Source: Nitrospira sp. ST-bin4
Lineage (GTDB): Bacteria > Nitrospirota > Nitrospiria > Nitrospirales > Nitrospiraceae
NCBI GenBank assembly: GCA_002083565.1
Contig: MSXM01000012.1
Coordinates: 956 to 64,955 of the forward strand
Reading direction: 5' to 3'
DNA length: 64,000 nucleotides
How positions within the stretch are numbered: position 1 is the stretch's first letter; every line of letters starts with the position of its first letter. The notes under the pieces are model-generated. The model made no database searches and was not told the DNA's origin. It saw only the letters and a list, made by a program, of their open reading frames with translations. The position numbers were made by a program, and so were the translations under genes. Shown here in pieces: positions 52,777 to 63,388 of the stretch.

Positions 52777-53484
52777 ATGGATACGACCGGATCGATGTTG
52801 TACGAGGGAAAAGCCAAGAAGATTTTTGCGGCTGCGCGACCGGATCAGGTCGTTCACTATTTCAAGGATGATGCAACGGCATTCAATGCCGAGAAGCGCG
52901 GCACCATCGTCGACAAGGGGGTCGTCAACAATAAGGTGTCGGAGCGGCTGTTCACACTGATTGAGGAGAAAGGCATCCCGACGCATTTCCTTAAGCGGCT
53001 GAGCGACCGGGAAATGCTGACCAAGAAAGTTGCGATCGTGCCCGTCGAAGTTGTGGTGCGAAATCTCGTCGCCGGCAGCCTGGCGAAGCGATTGGGCTTG
53101 CGCGTCGGGGACGCGATCGAGCCGGCGATCGTTGAGTTCTATTATAAAAACGATGCGCTTGGGGATCCGCTGGTCAATGACGACCATCTGCGCTTGATGA
53201 ACGTGGCGACACCGGGGGTGTTGCGCGAACTGCGCGAACTGGCTCACAAGGTCAATGCCGTACTGAAGCCGTTCTTTGCCGAGCGGAAGATGCAGTTGGT
53301 GGATTTCAAGCTTGAGTTCGGCCTGTTTCATAACAAACTGATTCTGGCCGATGAGATTTCTCCCGATACCTGCCGTTTTTGGGACATGGAGACCGGCGAG
53401 TCGATGGACAAGGACCGGTTCAGGAAGGACATGGGCAAGATCGAAGAGGCGTATCAGGAGGTCTTGAATCGGGTGTGCGGGTGA
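52777..53484 (+). CDS. purC: SAICAR synthase
   Basis: LYEGKAKKI, FKDDATAFN, LVDFKLEFG, ADEISPDTCR. Confidence 0.98.
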   Translation: MDTTGSMLYEGKAKKIFAAARPDQVVHYFKDDATAFNAEKRGTIVDKGVVNNKVSERLFTLIEEKGIPTHFLKRLSDREMLTKKVAIVPVEVVVRNLVAGSLAKRLGLRVGDAIEPAIVEFYYKNDALGDPLVNDDHLRLMNVATPGVLRELRELAHKVNAVLKPFFAERKMQLVDFKLEFGLFHNKLILADEISPDTCRFWDMETGESMDKDRFRKDMGKIEEAYQEVLNRVCG

Positions 53485-53491
53485 GGGGGAA

Positions 53492-53657
53492 AAGGGGACG
53501 GCTGGGTCGTCCTCTTTGCTCGCGCAACGCGCATGCGGGACTGGTGGAATTGAATCAAAGTGGGCGATGCTCGTTGGGAATGATGGCGCGTCTTGGCGCG
53601 CCAAGGGTGGGCGGGTGAGATCGAGCGCGCAGTTGAGGACAACCCCGCCATCCCCTT
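53492..53657. mobile_element. MITE-like element with 23-bp terminal inverted repeats
   Basis: AAGGGGACGGCTGGGTCGTCCTC (53492-53514) versus reverse complement of 53635-53657, AAGGGGATGGCGGGGTTGTCCTC: 3 mismatches; no clear target-site duplication. Confidence 0.6.
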
Positions 53658-53686
53658 AGAGATAGTAAGAGGGAAGAAAAGGAACC

Positions 53687-53902
53687 ATGCTGCGGGCATA
53701 TTTGAATTATGGCTTGATCGCATCGGTGGTGGTCTGGGCGGCGATCATCGGCGTGATGGCCTATCGGTTGAACGAATCGCCGTGGCGCTGGGCGTTCATC
53801 GGGCTGATGTGTGCCGGAGGCCTGACCATTGCCGTGATATTCTGGATCAAGAATTATGTGGATCGTCAGACTAAAGCGTCAGAGCAGAGGAGTCACAAGT
53901 GA
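53687..53902 (+). CDS. small two-TM membrane protein of unknown function
   Basis: AAGGA RBS, two hydrophobic helices, stop overlaps the purS start (GTGA). Confidence 0.8.
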   Translation: MLRAYLNYGLIASVVVWAAIIGVMAYRLNESPWRWAFIGLMCAGGLTIAVIFWIKNYVDRQTKASEQRSHK

Positions 53903-54138
53903 AAGCGAAAATTCATGTGACGTTAAAACAGGGTATCTTGGACCCGCAAGGCAAGGCGATTGAGCATGCGCTCGACTCGCTGGGGTTCAAGAGTGCGGCG
54001 AACGTGCGCGTTGGCAAGTACATGGAAGTGGACGTGAACGAGCAGGATAAGGCCAAGGCTGAAGCCGAGGTCAGGCAAATGTGTGAGAAGCTGTTGGCGA
54101 ATACGATCATTGAAGAGTATCGATACGAACTTGGATAG
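53899..54138 (+). CDS. purS: FGAM synthase subunit PurS
   Basis: VTLK.GILDPQGKAI...VRVGK...MCEKLLANTIIEEY. Confidence 0.97.
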   Translation: MKAKIHVTLKQGILDPQGKAIEHALDSLGFKSAANVRVGKYMEVDVNEQDKAKAEAEVRQMCEKLLANTIIEEYRYELG

Positions 54139-54150
54139 AGGAAGGGGAGC

Positions 54151-54233
54151 TGATGGCTGATAGCGAATGGCTTATAGGAAGAACGCGGACCGCGTCCTAG
54201 CTTGTGCCACACGCCATCTGCCATCGGCCATCT
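54151..54233. repeat. inverted pair of GCCATCA-family heptamer arrays
   Basis: tgatggc tgatagc gaatggc ttatagg ... gccacac gccatct gccatcg gccatct. Confidence 0.75.
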
Positions 54234-54244
54234 GCGGATTGAAT

Positions 54245-54964
54245 ATGAATATCGGCGTCGTCGTGTTTCCCGGTTCCAATTGCGATCACGACTGCCTGCA
54301 TGTCTTGCATGACGTGCTGGGGCAGGATGTGACGATGGTTTGGCACAAGGAAACCTCTTTGACAGGGTTGGACGGGGTGATTCTTCCCGGGGGGTTTTCC
54401 TATGGAGATTACCTCCGCACCGGCGCCATTGCCCGGTTTTCTCCTGTGATGAAGGCGGTGAAACAGTTTGCCGCCGAAGGCGGGATAGTTCTCGGCATTT
54501 GCAACGGTTTTCAGATTTTGCTCGAAGCCGGCTTACTCCCTGGCGCCATGTTGCGAAACAGGTCGCTGCATTTCATCTGCAAGGATATTTTTGTGCGGGT
54601 GGAGAATGCGGCTACGCCATTTACCAGTCGGTGCAAGCCAGGCCAAGTTCTCAAGATTCCAATCGCCCATGCGGATGGGAGCTACTACACAGACCCGGTC
54701 ACGTTGGCGGGATTGCAGGCAAACGCCCAGGCGATTTTTCGATATTGCGATCAGGATGGGAGAGTGACGCCGGAAGCGAATCCAAACGGCTCGCTCGATA
54801 ATATCGCCGGCATTTGTAATGCCGCCGGGAATGTGTTTGGCATGATGCCGCATCCGGAGCGCTGCGCTGAGTCGGTGCTTGGCAACGAAGATGGGCGTCT
54901 GATCTTGGCCTCGATGGTGGAGGGGTTGAAGGCAAAGAAGGGGCGGGCCAAGGTCCTCGTCTGA
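54245..54964 (+). CDS. purQ: FGAM synthase glutaminase subunit PurQ
   Basis: [35 protein letters not shown]. Confidence 0.98.
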   Translation: MNIGVVVFPGSNCDHDCLHVLHDVLGQDVTMVWHKETSLTGLDGVILPGGFSYGDYLRTGAIARFSPVMKAVKQFAAEGGIVLGICNGFQILLEAGLLPGAMLRNRSLHFICKDIFVRVENAATPFTSRCKPGQVLKIPIAHADGSYYTDPVTLAGLQANAQAIFRYCDQDGRVTPEANPNGSLDNIAGICNAAGNVFGMMPHPERCAESVLGNEDGRLILASMVEGLKAKKGRAKVLV

Positions 54965-55045
54965 CGGTGAAGTCGTTGCCGGATACCCGGATCGTAGGTG
55001 TCGTCGGTCGGTCTCAGACGAGGCGATGACGCGAAAGGTGTTGTT

Positions 55046-55387
55046 ATGGTGCGTCTCTGCGTGGCCGTTCTTCTGACCATCGGCCTGTTCGGGTCGGGCA
55101 TTCCTGGGAGTGCGTGGGCTGCGGAAGCAGCTGAAGCACAGATCAAGATACTGAGCCCGGCGCCGGGTGCCATCATTAAAGGGGATTCCGTCGAAGTGCG
55201 CTATGAATTGGCCAAGGGCGTTCACGCAACGCATGTCCATTGTTACGTGGACGGCGAGTACCAGCGTGGATTTTCAGGGATCGTCAAGGGGCTTGCTCGC
55301 GGAACGCATGAGATCAAGGTCGTGGCTGCCAGTCACGATCACGAAGCGACGGCGGCTGAAGCCAGGGTCACAATCGAAGTGGAGTAA
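55046..55387 (+). CDS. exported Ig-like protein with HxH motif, paralog 2
   Basis: Signal peptide ending AWA; ILSPAPG...[19 protein letters not shown]...GTH...HDH. Confidence 0.8.
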   Translation: MVRLCVAVLLTIGLFGSGIPGSAWAAEAAEAQIKILSPAPGAIIKGDSVEVRYELAKGVHATHVHCYVDGEYQRGFSGIVKGLARGTHEIKVVAASHDHEATAAEARVTIEVE

Positions 55388-55451
55388 GGCCAAAAGCGGG
55401 CGCAGTAGCATCGTCAACTGAGAACTCCGGGCCCCGAAGCCTAATCAAGAG

Positions 55452-57689
55452 ATGAATAAGCCGGCATTCATGATCACCAAAGACCTCATCGCGCAGCATA
55501 ATTTGACGGACGATGAGTACAAGAAGATCATCGAAATTTTGGGGCGCGAGCCGAATCTGACGGAACTCGGCATGTTTTCCGTCATGTGGTCGGAACATTG
55601 CTCCTATAAGAGTTCGCGCGTTCATTTGAAGAAGCTGCCGACCACCGGGCCTCGTGTGGTGCAGGGGCCAGGCGAAAACGCGGGCGTGGTGGATATCGGG
55701 GATGGATTGTGTGTGGTCTTCAAGATGGAATCTCACAACCATCCGTCGTTCATCGAGCCCTATCAGGGGGCGGCGACCGGGGTCGGTGGAATTCTGCGAG
55801 ACGTGTTTACCATGGGGGCGCGGCCGATTGCGTTGCTCGATTCGCTTCGTTTCGGCGGGTTGGATACGCCGAAGAATCGCCATCTCATGAAAGGTATCGT
55901 CGCCGGCATCGCCGGCTATGGCAACTGTATGGGCGTACCGACCGTGGGCGGTGAGATTGTCTTCAACGACATTTACTCGCTCAATCCGCTGGTGAATGTG
56001 TTTTGCCTGGGGATTGCCAGGAAGGACAAGATTTTTCTGGGGACTGCAGCGGGAGTCGGCAACCCGGTGATCTATTTCGGCTCGAAGACGGGTCGTGATG
56101 GGATTCACGGCGCGACGATGGCATCCGATTCCTTCGACGATGAGTCCGAGCAAAAGCGACCCACGGTGCAGGTGGGCGATCCATTTCAGGAGAAGCTGCT
56201 GCTTGAAGCCTGTCTCGAGTTGATGGCCGGCGATTTGCTGGTCGGGATTCAAGACATGGGCGCAGCCGGCTTGACGAGCTCATCCTGCGAAATGGCTTCG
56301 CGCGCAGGGAACGGGATGGAGCTGGATTTGACCCATGTTCCGCGTCGTGAACCCGGCATGACGCCCTATGAGTTGATGCTGTCGGAGTCGCAAGAGCGGA
56401 TGTTGATGGTGGCGAAGGCCGGCAAAGAAGACGCGTGCATTGCGATTTGCCGGAAATGGGATCTGGATGTCGCAGTCGTTGGAACTGTCACGGGTGACGG
56501 GATCTTGCGTGTGAAGGATCAGGGGAAGGTCGTGGCGGAGATTCCCGCCAAATCGCTCGCCGATGACGGGCCGCGCTATGAACGCCCCTACCAGCCGCCC
56601 GAGTATCAGGACATGCTGACGAATCTGAATTATGACCTTCTCCCGGACGTGAAAGATGCGAATGCGGTTCTTCTGTCGCTCTTGGAGTCGCCGACGATCG
56701 CAAGCAAACGATGGGTGTATCAACAGTACGATCATATGGTGCGGACCAACACGATGGTCCGCCCCGGATCGGATGCGGCGGTGGTGCGGATCAAGGGTAC
56801 GAATAAAGCCGTGGCGATGACGGTCGATTGCAACAGCCGGTATTGCATGTTGCATCCCTACGAAGGCGCGCGGATCGCTGTGGCTGAAGCCGCGCGCAAT
56901 CTGGCATGCTCGGGCGCCGAACCGATCGGGCTGACCGATTGTTTGAATTTCGGCAATCCTGAACGGCCTGAGATCATGTGGCAGTTCGTGCTTGCGGTCG
57001 AAGGCATCAAAGACGCATGCGAGCGTCTCGCTGTTCCGGTCGTCAGCGGGAACGTCAGCTTTTACAATGAGACCAACGGGCTGTCGATCTATCCGACTCC
57101 TATGCTGGGCATGGTGGGATTGATTGAACAAGCCGATCAGACCATGACGCAATGGTTCAAGCAGGATGGTGACGAGATCATTCTGCTGGGGGCGACTCGT
57201 GAAGATTTGGGCGGATCGGAATACTTGAAGATCATTCACGCCCGGGAACAGGGGTCGCCGCCGTTGTTGAATATGGATGCTGAAAAGGCACTGCATGAGT
57301 GTGTGCTGGCGCTGGTGCGACATGGATTAGTCCAATCCGCGCACGATTGCTCGGACGGTGGACTGGCCGTGACATTGGCGGAGAGCTGCTTCTCAGGACA
57401 GGATCGGAAGCTGGGTGCCGTGGTAAGATTAGCCTCGGGCCGGATTCGAAAAGACGCCGTGCTTTTCGGCGAAAGCCAATCCAGGGTGGTGCTCTCGGCC
57501 AAACCGTCCCATCGGCAGGCAATTCTTGATCAGGCCAAAAGTCTGGGTGTGCCGGCAGAAGTCATTGGGTCGGTGACGGGCGCACGACTGACGATCAGTC
57601 TGGGCGATGCGACAATGCTGGACGTGCCAGTTCCTACGCTTCATGACCGATGGGCGTTATCGATCGAACGGACACTGAACCAAGAGTAG
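55452..57689 (+). CDS. purL: FGAM synthase subunit PurL (small type)
   Basis: [42 protein letters not shown]. Confidence 0.99.
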   Translation: MNKPAFMITKDLIAQHNLTDDEYKKIIEILGREPNLTELGMFSVMWSEHCSYKSSRVHLKKLPTTGPRVVQGPGENAGVVDIGDGLCVVFKMESHNHPSFIEPYQGAATGVGGILRDVFTMGARPIALLDSLRFGGLDTPKNRHLMKGIVAGIAGYGNCMGVPTVGGEIVFNDIYSLNPLVNVFCLGIARKDKIFLGTAAGVGNPVIYFGSKTGRDGIHGATMASDSFDDESEQKRPTVQVGDPFQEKLLLEACLELMAGDLLVGIQDMGAAGLTSSSCEMASRAGNGMELDLTHVPRREPGMTPYELMLSESQERMLMVAKAGKEDACIAICRKWDLDVAVVGTVTGDGILRVKDQGKVVAEIPAKSLADDGPRYERPYQPPEYQDMLTNLNYDLLPDVKDANAVLLSLLESPTIASKRWVYQQYDHMVRTNTMVRPGSDAAVVRIKGTNKAVAMTVDCNSRYCMLHPYEGARIAVAEAARNLACSGAEPIGLTDCLNFGNPERPEIMWQFVLAVEGIKDACERLAVPVVSGNVSFYNETNGLSIYPTPMLGMVGLIEQADQTMTQWFKQDGDEIILLGATREDLGGSEYLKIIHAREQGSPPLLNMDAEKALHECVLALVRHGLVQSAHDCSDGGLAVTLAESCFSGQDRKLGAVVRLASGRIRKDAVLFGESQSRVVLSAKPSHRQAILDQAKSLGVPAEVIGSVTGARLTISLGDATMLDVPVPTLHDRWALSIERTLNQE

Positions 57690-57713
57690 GGGTGGCGCTC
57701 ACCCTGTATTATC

Positions 57714-59144
57714 ATGACCAAAGAACTGCCGCTCATCTCACCTGACAAATTTCACGACGAATGCGCGGTGTTCGGCATTTTCGGCCACGAAGAGGCAGCC
57801 AACCTCACCTATCTCGGACTCTATGCGCTCCAGCATCGAGGGCAAGAAGCCTCCGGTATCGTGTCAGGAGACGCAAACCAGTTTTTTGTGCAAAAGGGCA
57901 TGGGACTTGTGGCCGATATCTACGATCGGTCGTCGCTTGCGAAGCTGCCCGGCCATATGGCCATCGGCCATAATCGCTATTCCACGGCCGGCGGCAACGA
58001 TCTGAAGAATGTCCAGCCGCTGATTGTGAATTTTGCCCTCGGCAACCTGGCACTGGCCCACAATGGCAATCTGATCAATGCCCAGATGCTCCGCAACGAA
58101 CTGGAAGCCTACGGGGCGATTTTCCAGTCTACCTCGGACAGCGAAGTCATTATCCACCTCATCGCGCACTCCAAAGCGAGTTCATTTCTCGCCCGTGTGA
58201 TCGATGCGCTCAATCGGGTGCGCGGCGCCTTTTCCGTTGTGTTGCTGACAGACAACGGTTTGATTGCCGCGCGTGATCCGTACGGATTGCGGCCGCTGTG
58301 TCTCGGGCGTGTGCGGAGCAGCTGGATTGTGGCGTCTGAAACGTGCGCGTTCGATTTGCTCGATGCGGAATATGTTCGGGAAATTGAGCCGGGTGAATTG
58401 GTCGTGATCAGCGATCAGGGCTTGGACAGTCATCGGCCGTTTCCCAAGGTGGATCCGGCCATGTGTGTCTTCGAGTATGTATATTTTGCCAGGCCAGACA
58501 GCCGAATCTTCGGGGCCAATGCCGTCTATGCTACGCGCAAGGCGTTGGGCCGGCAACTGGCGGCGGAATCCTGGGTGCCCGCAGACATCGTCATTCCCGT
58601 CCCGGATTCCGGCGTACCCGCTGCGCTGGGCTATGCGGAGGGGGGTGGGATTCAGTTCGAGACCGGGCTGATCCGCAATCACTATGTCGGGCGGACGTTC
58701 ATCGAGCCGGAACAGTCGATCCGCCACTTTGGCGTTAAGGTGAAGCTGAATGCGGTGTCGGAAGTTCTGAGCGGAAAGCGGGTTGTGGTGGTGGACGATT
58801 CGCTTGTCCGCGGGACGACCAGCCGGAAGATTGTCAAGATGATTCGCCAGGCCGGGGCGAAGGAGGTCCATATGCGGATCAGTTCGCCGCCGATCGTGTC
58901 GCCCTGCTTCTACGGGATCGATACTCCGACAAAGAAGGAACTGATTGCATCCGACCATTCAACGGAAGAAATCCGCAAGTACATCACGGCGGACAGTTTG
59001 GCCTATCTCAGTCTCGATGGCATGCTCAAGGCCGCGCCGGGAACGCCGCATCAGTATTGCAGCGCGTGCTTTACAGAGCGCTACCCCATTCCATTCACCC
59101 GCGCAGAGGAACTGCAGTTGGGCTTATTCGAGCCGGCGTCCTGA
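57714..59144 (+). CDS. purF: amidophosphoribosyltransferase
   Basis: Propeptide then [40 protein letters not shown]. Confidence 0.99.
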   Translation: MTKELPLISPDKFHDECAVFGIFGHEEAANLTYLGLYALQHRGQEASGIVSGDANQFFVQKGMGLVADIYDRSSLAKLPGHMAIGHNRYSTAGGNDLKNVQPLIVNFALGNLALAHNGNLINAQMLRNELEAYGAIFQSTSDSEVIIHLIAHSKASSFLARVIDALNRVRGAFSVVLLTDNGLIAARDPYGLRPLCLGRVRSSWIVASETCAFDLLDAEYVREIEPGELVVISDQGLDSHRPFPKVDPAMCVFEYVYFARPDSRIFGANAVYATRKALGRQLAAESWVPADIVIPVPDSGVPAALGYAEGGGIQFETGLIRNHYVGRTFIEPEQSIRHFGVKVKLNAVSEVLSGKRVVVVDDSLVRGTTSRKIVKMIRQAGAKEVHMRISSPPIVSPCFYGIDTPTKKELIASDHSTEEIRKYITADSLAYLSLDGMLKAAPGTPHQYCSACFTERYPIPFTRAEELQLGLFEPAS

Positions 59145-59198
59145 GCGAGGCCGGCACTGGCAGCGTCGAGCTGTTTCCAGAAAGGGAATTCGGCGGAT

Positions 59199-59501
59199 AT
59201 GCAGCCACGGTCTAGGCCACGAGTGGCTGTCGATTATCCAGTTCTCTTCTCCGGCGCCCATACCTCCGGCGAGGGGGTCTTCAGAAATCTCACGATCTCA
59301 GGCGGTGAGATTATGAGTGAGGCGCCGGTTTCGATCGGCGCCCATCTTCATCTGCAGGTGCAATCGTCCGGTGCCCGGCCGCCGATCGTTATCACGCTCG
59401 CCATCGTTCGGTGGAAGCGGGACGATCGGTACGGCATCGAGTTCGTTCGATTTCAAGGCGATGCCAAACAACAGCTGGAAGACATGCTGAATCAGCGATG
59501 A
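59199..59501 (+). CDS. single-domain PilZ protein
   Basis: RSRPR motif, NLTISG (variant of D/NxSxxG), VRW....YGIEF. Confidence 0.85.
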   Translation: MQPRSRPRVAVDYPVLFSGAHTSGEGVFRNLTISGGEIMSEAPVSIGAHLHLQVQSSGARPPIVITLAIVRWKRDDRYGIEFVRFQGDAKQQLEDMLNQR

Positions 59502-59681
59502 TGGATCGTGCGTCGGTCCGTTCAAGCCCGCCCGCTCGGTTGCCCTGCTAAAAAACACCATGATAGGATGTCTTCCGTTTGAGAACGATTGGTGCCGTGC
59601 CGAGAGAAGCGGCGAATATTCCGGTGTGAGGATCGAATTTCTCTCAGCGTCGGCCGTCAGCCTAGTACGGGGGAGGGATCT

Positions 59682-59921
59682 GTGGACGAGATCGAAGCAG
59701 GCAAACAGAAGTTTCTAGATGTTGTGAAGGCCATCGATGGCGCGGTGCAGGTGGTTATTCCCGTGACTCCATCCAACAGCATGTTTTTGATCTCGGTAAC
59801 CAAAGGGGCGAATCGCAAATTCATGACTGTCCCGGAAGACGACCTCATCGATCTCCCGACCGATGCCGGTATTCTTGCGAAAGTCACCAAAACGGTGCGG
59901 GATGCCATCGCGGCTCTCTGA
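59682..59921 (+). CDS. hypothetical protein (79 aa)
   Basis: GTG 59682 after GGGAGG; protein-like composition; no family recognised. Confidence 0.7.
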   Translation: MDEIEAGKQKFLDVVKAIDGAVQVVIPVTPSNSMFLISVTKGANRKFMTVPEDDLIDLPTDAGILAKVTKTVRDAIAAL

Positions 59922-60029
59922 GACCGCGCGGCGGGCAGGACGAGGGCGACGTGCAACACATCGGGAGCAGGGAATTCCTTCAACGAGTATCGCAGATCAC
60001 GCAACTCCCGCATGTCGTGCGGTGAGATT

Positions 60030-60632
60030 ATGAAACAAATTTTTCCCGGCATCTGGCAATGGGCCTGGTTCTCCGACGAGAAGCAACTGGATTTCAACGG
60101 CTTGTTTCTGATGGTCGGTGAACACAAGATTCTGGTCGATCCTCCACCGATGACCGCCGAGGCGCGCTCGTTCGTCCGCCGCAACGGGCCGGTTGATTAC
60201 ATCATTGTCACGAACAGAGATCACCTCCGTGAGGCGGCGGCTTATCAGGCGGAGTTCACGTGCCGGCTGTATGTGCCTGAGGCGGATGCAGCGCAGATGG
60301 ATGTGACACCCACGAAAAGGTATACGGACGGCGAACTGCTCCCGGGCGGCATCTGGGCGATCCGGCTGAGCGATCAGAAATCTCCGGGGGAATCGGCGTT
60401 GTTTCTGGATCGAGGACAGGGGATCATGATTGTAGGGGATGCGTTGATCGGCAAACCGGCCGGCGCCGTCAGCCTGCTCCCTGCCGAGAAGTATCCCGAT
60501 GCGGCGAAGGTCAAAGACGGACTCCGGCGCCTCCTCAAGTACAATTTCGATGGTCTCGTTGTCGGCGACGGCACGTCGATTCTTGCGGGCGGCAAGCCGG
60601 TGGTTGAGCGGTTTCTGAGCCTGTCATCATGA
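60030..60632 (+). CDS. metallo-beta-lactamase-fold protein with a degenerate metal motif
   Basis: ILVDPP, IIVTNRDH (HxHxDH position), KSPGE, IVGDAL, LVVGDG. Confidence 0.8.
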   Translation: MKQIFPGIWQWAWFSDEKQLDFNGLFLMVGEHKILVDPPPMTAEARSFVRRNGPVDYIIVTNRDHLREAAAYQAEFTCRLYVPEADAAQMDVTPTKRYTDGELLPGGIWAIRLSDQKSPGESALFLDRGQGIMIVGDALIGKPAGAVSLLPAEKYPDAAKVKDGLRRLLKYNFDGLVVGDGTSILAGGKPVVERFLSLSS

Positions 60633-61453
60633 CGCTCCGTAATGGATTGTCGGAAGAGCTGAATCGGCAAGGCAATGAGTATTTCTCGCGTGGCCACTAC
60701 ACGGAGGCGTACGCCTGTTACGCCAAGGCGCTGGAATGCGATCGGCAGACCGGCGATCAGCGGGCGCTGGCGGCGACGCTTGGAAATCTCGGCAATATTT
60801 GCGCAGTCAGCGGGCGGAGAGAGTCGGCGCAGACGCATTACCAGGAAGTCTTGGAGTTGCAGAAGATTCTCGGGGATGAGAAGGGGATCGGAACGACGCT
60901 CGGGAATCTGGGAAATTTACGCGCCGATGCCGGCGAATGGAGCCGGGCACGGGCGTATTACCTGGAAGCGCTGGATCTCATGACGAAGACGCATGATGAG
61001 GCAGCCAAGGCCGTACTGTTTTCCGACCTGGGTCTGGTGGCGCGTGAGACCGGACATTTCGACGAAGCGATCGACTGGTACGAACAGTCGTTGGTGTTGA
61101 TGCGGCGGTTGGACAATCACGGCGGTGTTGCCGATGCCTGGCGCATGATCGGACGCACGTTCCTGGTTCAACGGCGCTACGACGATGCAATCGCGTGTTG
61201 TCAGACCAGCCAATCGGTTGCCGAGCGGTCGCGCGATGAACTCCGCGCGGGCGGCGCCCGCTATCTATTGGCGCAATGCTATGAAGAGACGGGACGACTC
61301 GAAGATGCTGCGGATCTTTTGAGACAGGTTGTCAACATGGACCGCAAGTATCAGCTGCCCAAACTTGAAGAAAATACCAGACGCCTGGCGGCGCTTCAGG
61401 CGCACATCGCCGAGCGCAATCACCTGTCGTCTTTTCCAGAGGCCAGAACATGA
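60629..61453 (+). CDS. tetratricopeptide repeat protein
   Basis: Repeated A.TLGNLGN...G...A...Y..AL units of about 40 aa. Confidence 0.9.
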   Translation: MTLRNGLSEELNRQGNEYFSRGHYTEAYACYAKALECDRQTGDQRALAATLGNLGNICAVSGRRESAQTHYQEVLELQKILGDEKGIGTTLGNLGNLRADAGEWSRARAYYLEALDLMTKTHDEAAKAVLFSDLGLVARETGHFDEAIDWYEQSLVLMRRLDNHGGVADAWRMIGRTFLVQRRYDDAIACCQTSQSVAERSRDELRAGGARYLLAQCYEETGRLEDAADLLRQVVNMDRKYQLPKLEENTRRLAALQAHIAERNHLSSFPEART

Positions 61454-61887
61454 CTGAACCAGTTCCATCCACATGGCCGCCGCTTCGTACGGCCCTGATG
61501 CAAGCATTTCCCCAACTCTACGAATTGGAGCCGGGCGGACCACTCGTCATGGATCTGGGGTCGGATGGATGGGTCTTGGAGGTCAGGCCGCAAGGGACCG
61601 TGCTGTGCCAATATGGCGTGGCAATGGATGACGTGATGGCGCTTATGTCGGAGGGTACGCCGGAAGATTTGGGAACCGACGAAGTGGCCAAGCAGGCCAA
61701 GTATTTTCTCCAACCCGCGGTGTCGAAGTATCGGGCGCTGCTCCTGGAGTCGGGATTTGCCGAGGAGACGGAGATGACCGACGAGTTTGTGGCCGTGACA
61801 TTTGCGCGCGGCGTTGATGTGACAGACTCTGCCAAGGTGCAGGGCTTGCTCCGCTGGTGTTGTCAGCAGATAGGAAGGATGCCCTGA
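61450..61887 (+). CDS. hypothetical protein
   Basis: ATGA-coupled to the TPR gene; acidic 145 aa; no family recognised. Confidence 0.75.
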   Translation: MTEPVPSTWPPLRTALMQAFPQLYELEPGGPLVMDLGSDGWVLEVRPQGTVLCQYGVAMDDVMALMSEGTPEDLGTDEVAKQAKYFLQPAVSKYRALLLESGFAEETEMTDEFVAVTFARGVDVTDSAKVQGLLRWCCQQIGRMP

Positions 61888-62951
61888 CGCCGCGCATCGC
61901 CACCTTCGAGGAGTTCCGCGCGGCGATCGTTGGCTATCGATTGCCGCTGGTGTTGTTGGCCGGGTTGGAACTTGACATCTTTACGGCGGTCGGCGCAAGA
62001 GCTTGGACAATTCCCGCTCTTGCCAGGCAGCTCAAGGTCAGCGAACGAGGATTGGATATCCTCTGCCGGAATCTTGCCATGGCCGGGCTGTTGCTGAAGA
62101 AAGGCGGGACGTACAGAAACAGCCGGCTTGGAGGTACGGCGCTCAATGCCGCTCATCCGGCCTATCGCGGGTCGTATTTGGACTTGATCAGGACCCATTG
62201 GACAGACTGGGTCCGGCTGTCGGAATCGGTGCGAAGCGGCCTGCCGATCGATCATGACGTTCCAGATAGCCCGGATTGGCGCCGCCGGTTCACATGGGCC
62301 ATGCACCACCGCACGTTGGAGACCGCCCCGGCGATTGCCGCACAGATAAAGCTCGGCGGGGCCCGGACGTTTCTCGATCTTGGGGGCGGCCCCGGCACCT
62401 ACGCACTGGCGTTTTTAGCGAAAAATCTCCGGTTGCGCGCCACGGTCTGCGACCGGGACGAGGCATTGGATGTGGCCAGAGAGATTGCTGCAACGCACAG
62501 GGCAGGGCGGCGGTTGTCGTATCTGCCGTGTGATTTTACTAAGGAGCCGATCCCGGGCACGTATGACGTGATCTGGTATTCCAACGTGTTGCATATCTAC
62601 TCGCCGGAGGTCAATCGAGCGGTTTTTCGCCGGGTCTTGGCTGCGTTGGTGCCGGGCGGGCGGCTCATCATGCAAGACGCGTTTCTCCATGGCCGCGAGG
62701 GGCTGCTTCCCGCGGAATCCAGCCTGTTCGCCGCCTCGATGTTACTGTTTACAGAGGGAGGGAACACCTATCCGGCGTCGGAGACTGCAACATGGCTCAA
62801 AGAGGCCGGGTTCGTACGAATCAAATCCCTCCCACTCAAGAAGAAGACTGAGGACTGGGAAAACGGAATTCTTGAGGCGTCGGCCCCTACCGCACATCCA
62901 AAAATGAGCGTCCTCCGAACAGGATCAAGAGGAAATTTAAGAAGCCGCTGA
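61857..62951 (+). CDS. SAM-dependent O-methyltransferase (dimerisation domain plus Methyltransf_2-like domain)
   Basis: ELDIFT...LA..L...ERGL dimerisation domain; FLDLGGGPGTY, CDF, SNVLH, LVPGGRL; start uncertain. Confidence 0.9.
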   Translation: MLSADRKDALTPRIATFEEFRAAIVGYRLPLVLLAGLELDIFTAVGARAWTIPALARQLKVSERGLDILCRNLAMAGLLLKKGGTYRNSRLGGTALNAAHPAYRGSYLDLIRTHWTDWVRLSESVRSGLPIDHDVPDSPDWRRRFTWAMHHRTLETAPAIAAQIKLGGARTFLDLGGGPGTYALAFLAKNLRLRATVCDRDEALDVAREIAATHRAGRRLSYLPCDFTKEPIPGTYDVIWYSNVLHIYSPEVNRAVFRRVLAALVPGGRLIMQDAFLHGREGLLPAESSLFAASMLLFTEGGNTYPASETATWLKEAGFVRIKSLPLKKKTEDWENGILEASAPTAHPKMSVLRTGSRGNLRSR

Positions 62952-63237
62952 CCAGGCTGCTCAGCAGGGTCAGGATGCTGTCCGAATCTTTTGACAGGAT
63001 TTGGACTATCGTGGCGACGTCCATCGCCAACCCTACCGTCCCATACATCACACAGGCCATCACGGCCCAACGAAACCCACGCCAAACCAGGAGCCCTAGA
63101 CCGAAGGGGACCAGGGCGAAAAAGCCGATCCACCAGGCCCCCGTTGGTGAGGTGGAGGTTTCAGACCCAGTCGCCCAAGCCCCTATGTTGACGGCCAGCA
63201 GTCCCGCCAACAGGACGGGTAAGACGGTGTGTTTCAT
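62887..63237 (-). CDS. membrane protein of unknown function
   Basis: Four hydrophobic segments; overlaps the methyltransferase 3' end convergently by 65 bp. Confidence 0.7.
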   Translation of the reverse strand: MKHTVLPVLLAGLLAVNIGAWATGSETSTSPTGAWWIGFFALVPFGLGLLVWRGFRWAVMACVMYGTVGLAMDVATIVQILSKDSDSILTLLSSLVSGFLNFLLILFGGRSFLDVR

Positions 63238-63388
63238 GGGGGGACTATAAGGCGGGGGAAGCAAAATCGGCAATGGCCCATAGTTGTCGGTGTCCAGTCC
63301 CCTCCTTTTGGGGGGAAGTGTACTGATAGTGGGGAATTTACCGGCGACAGGATCTCTTGCAGTATGCAGACACGCATCAGGAGGGTCT

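Noticed and set aside
63340..63365. sigma-54 promoter before the last ORF
   Set aside because: TTGCA is present but GG is not at the required 10-nt spacing
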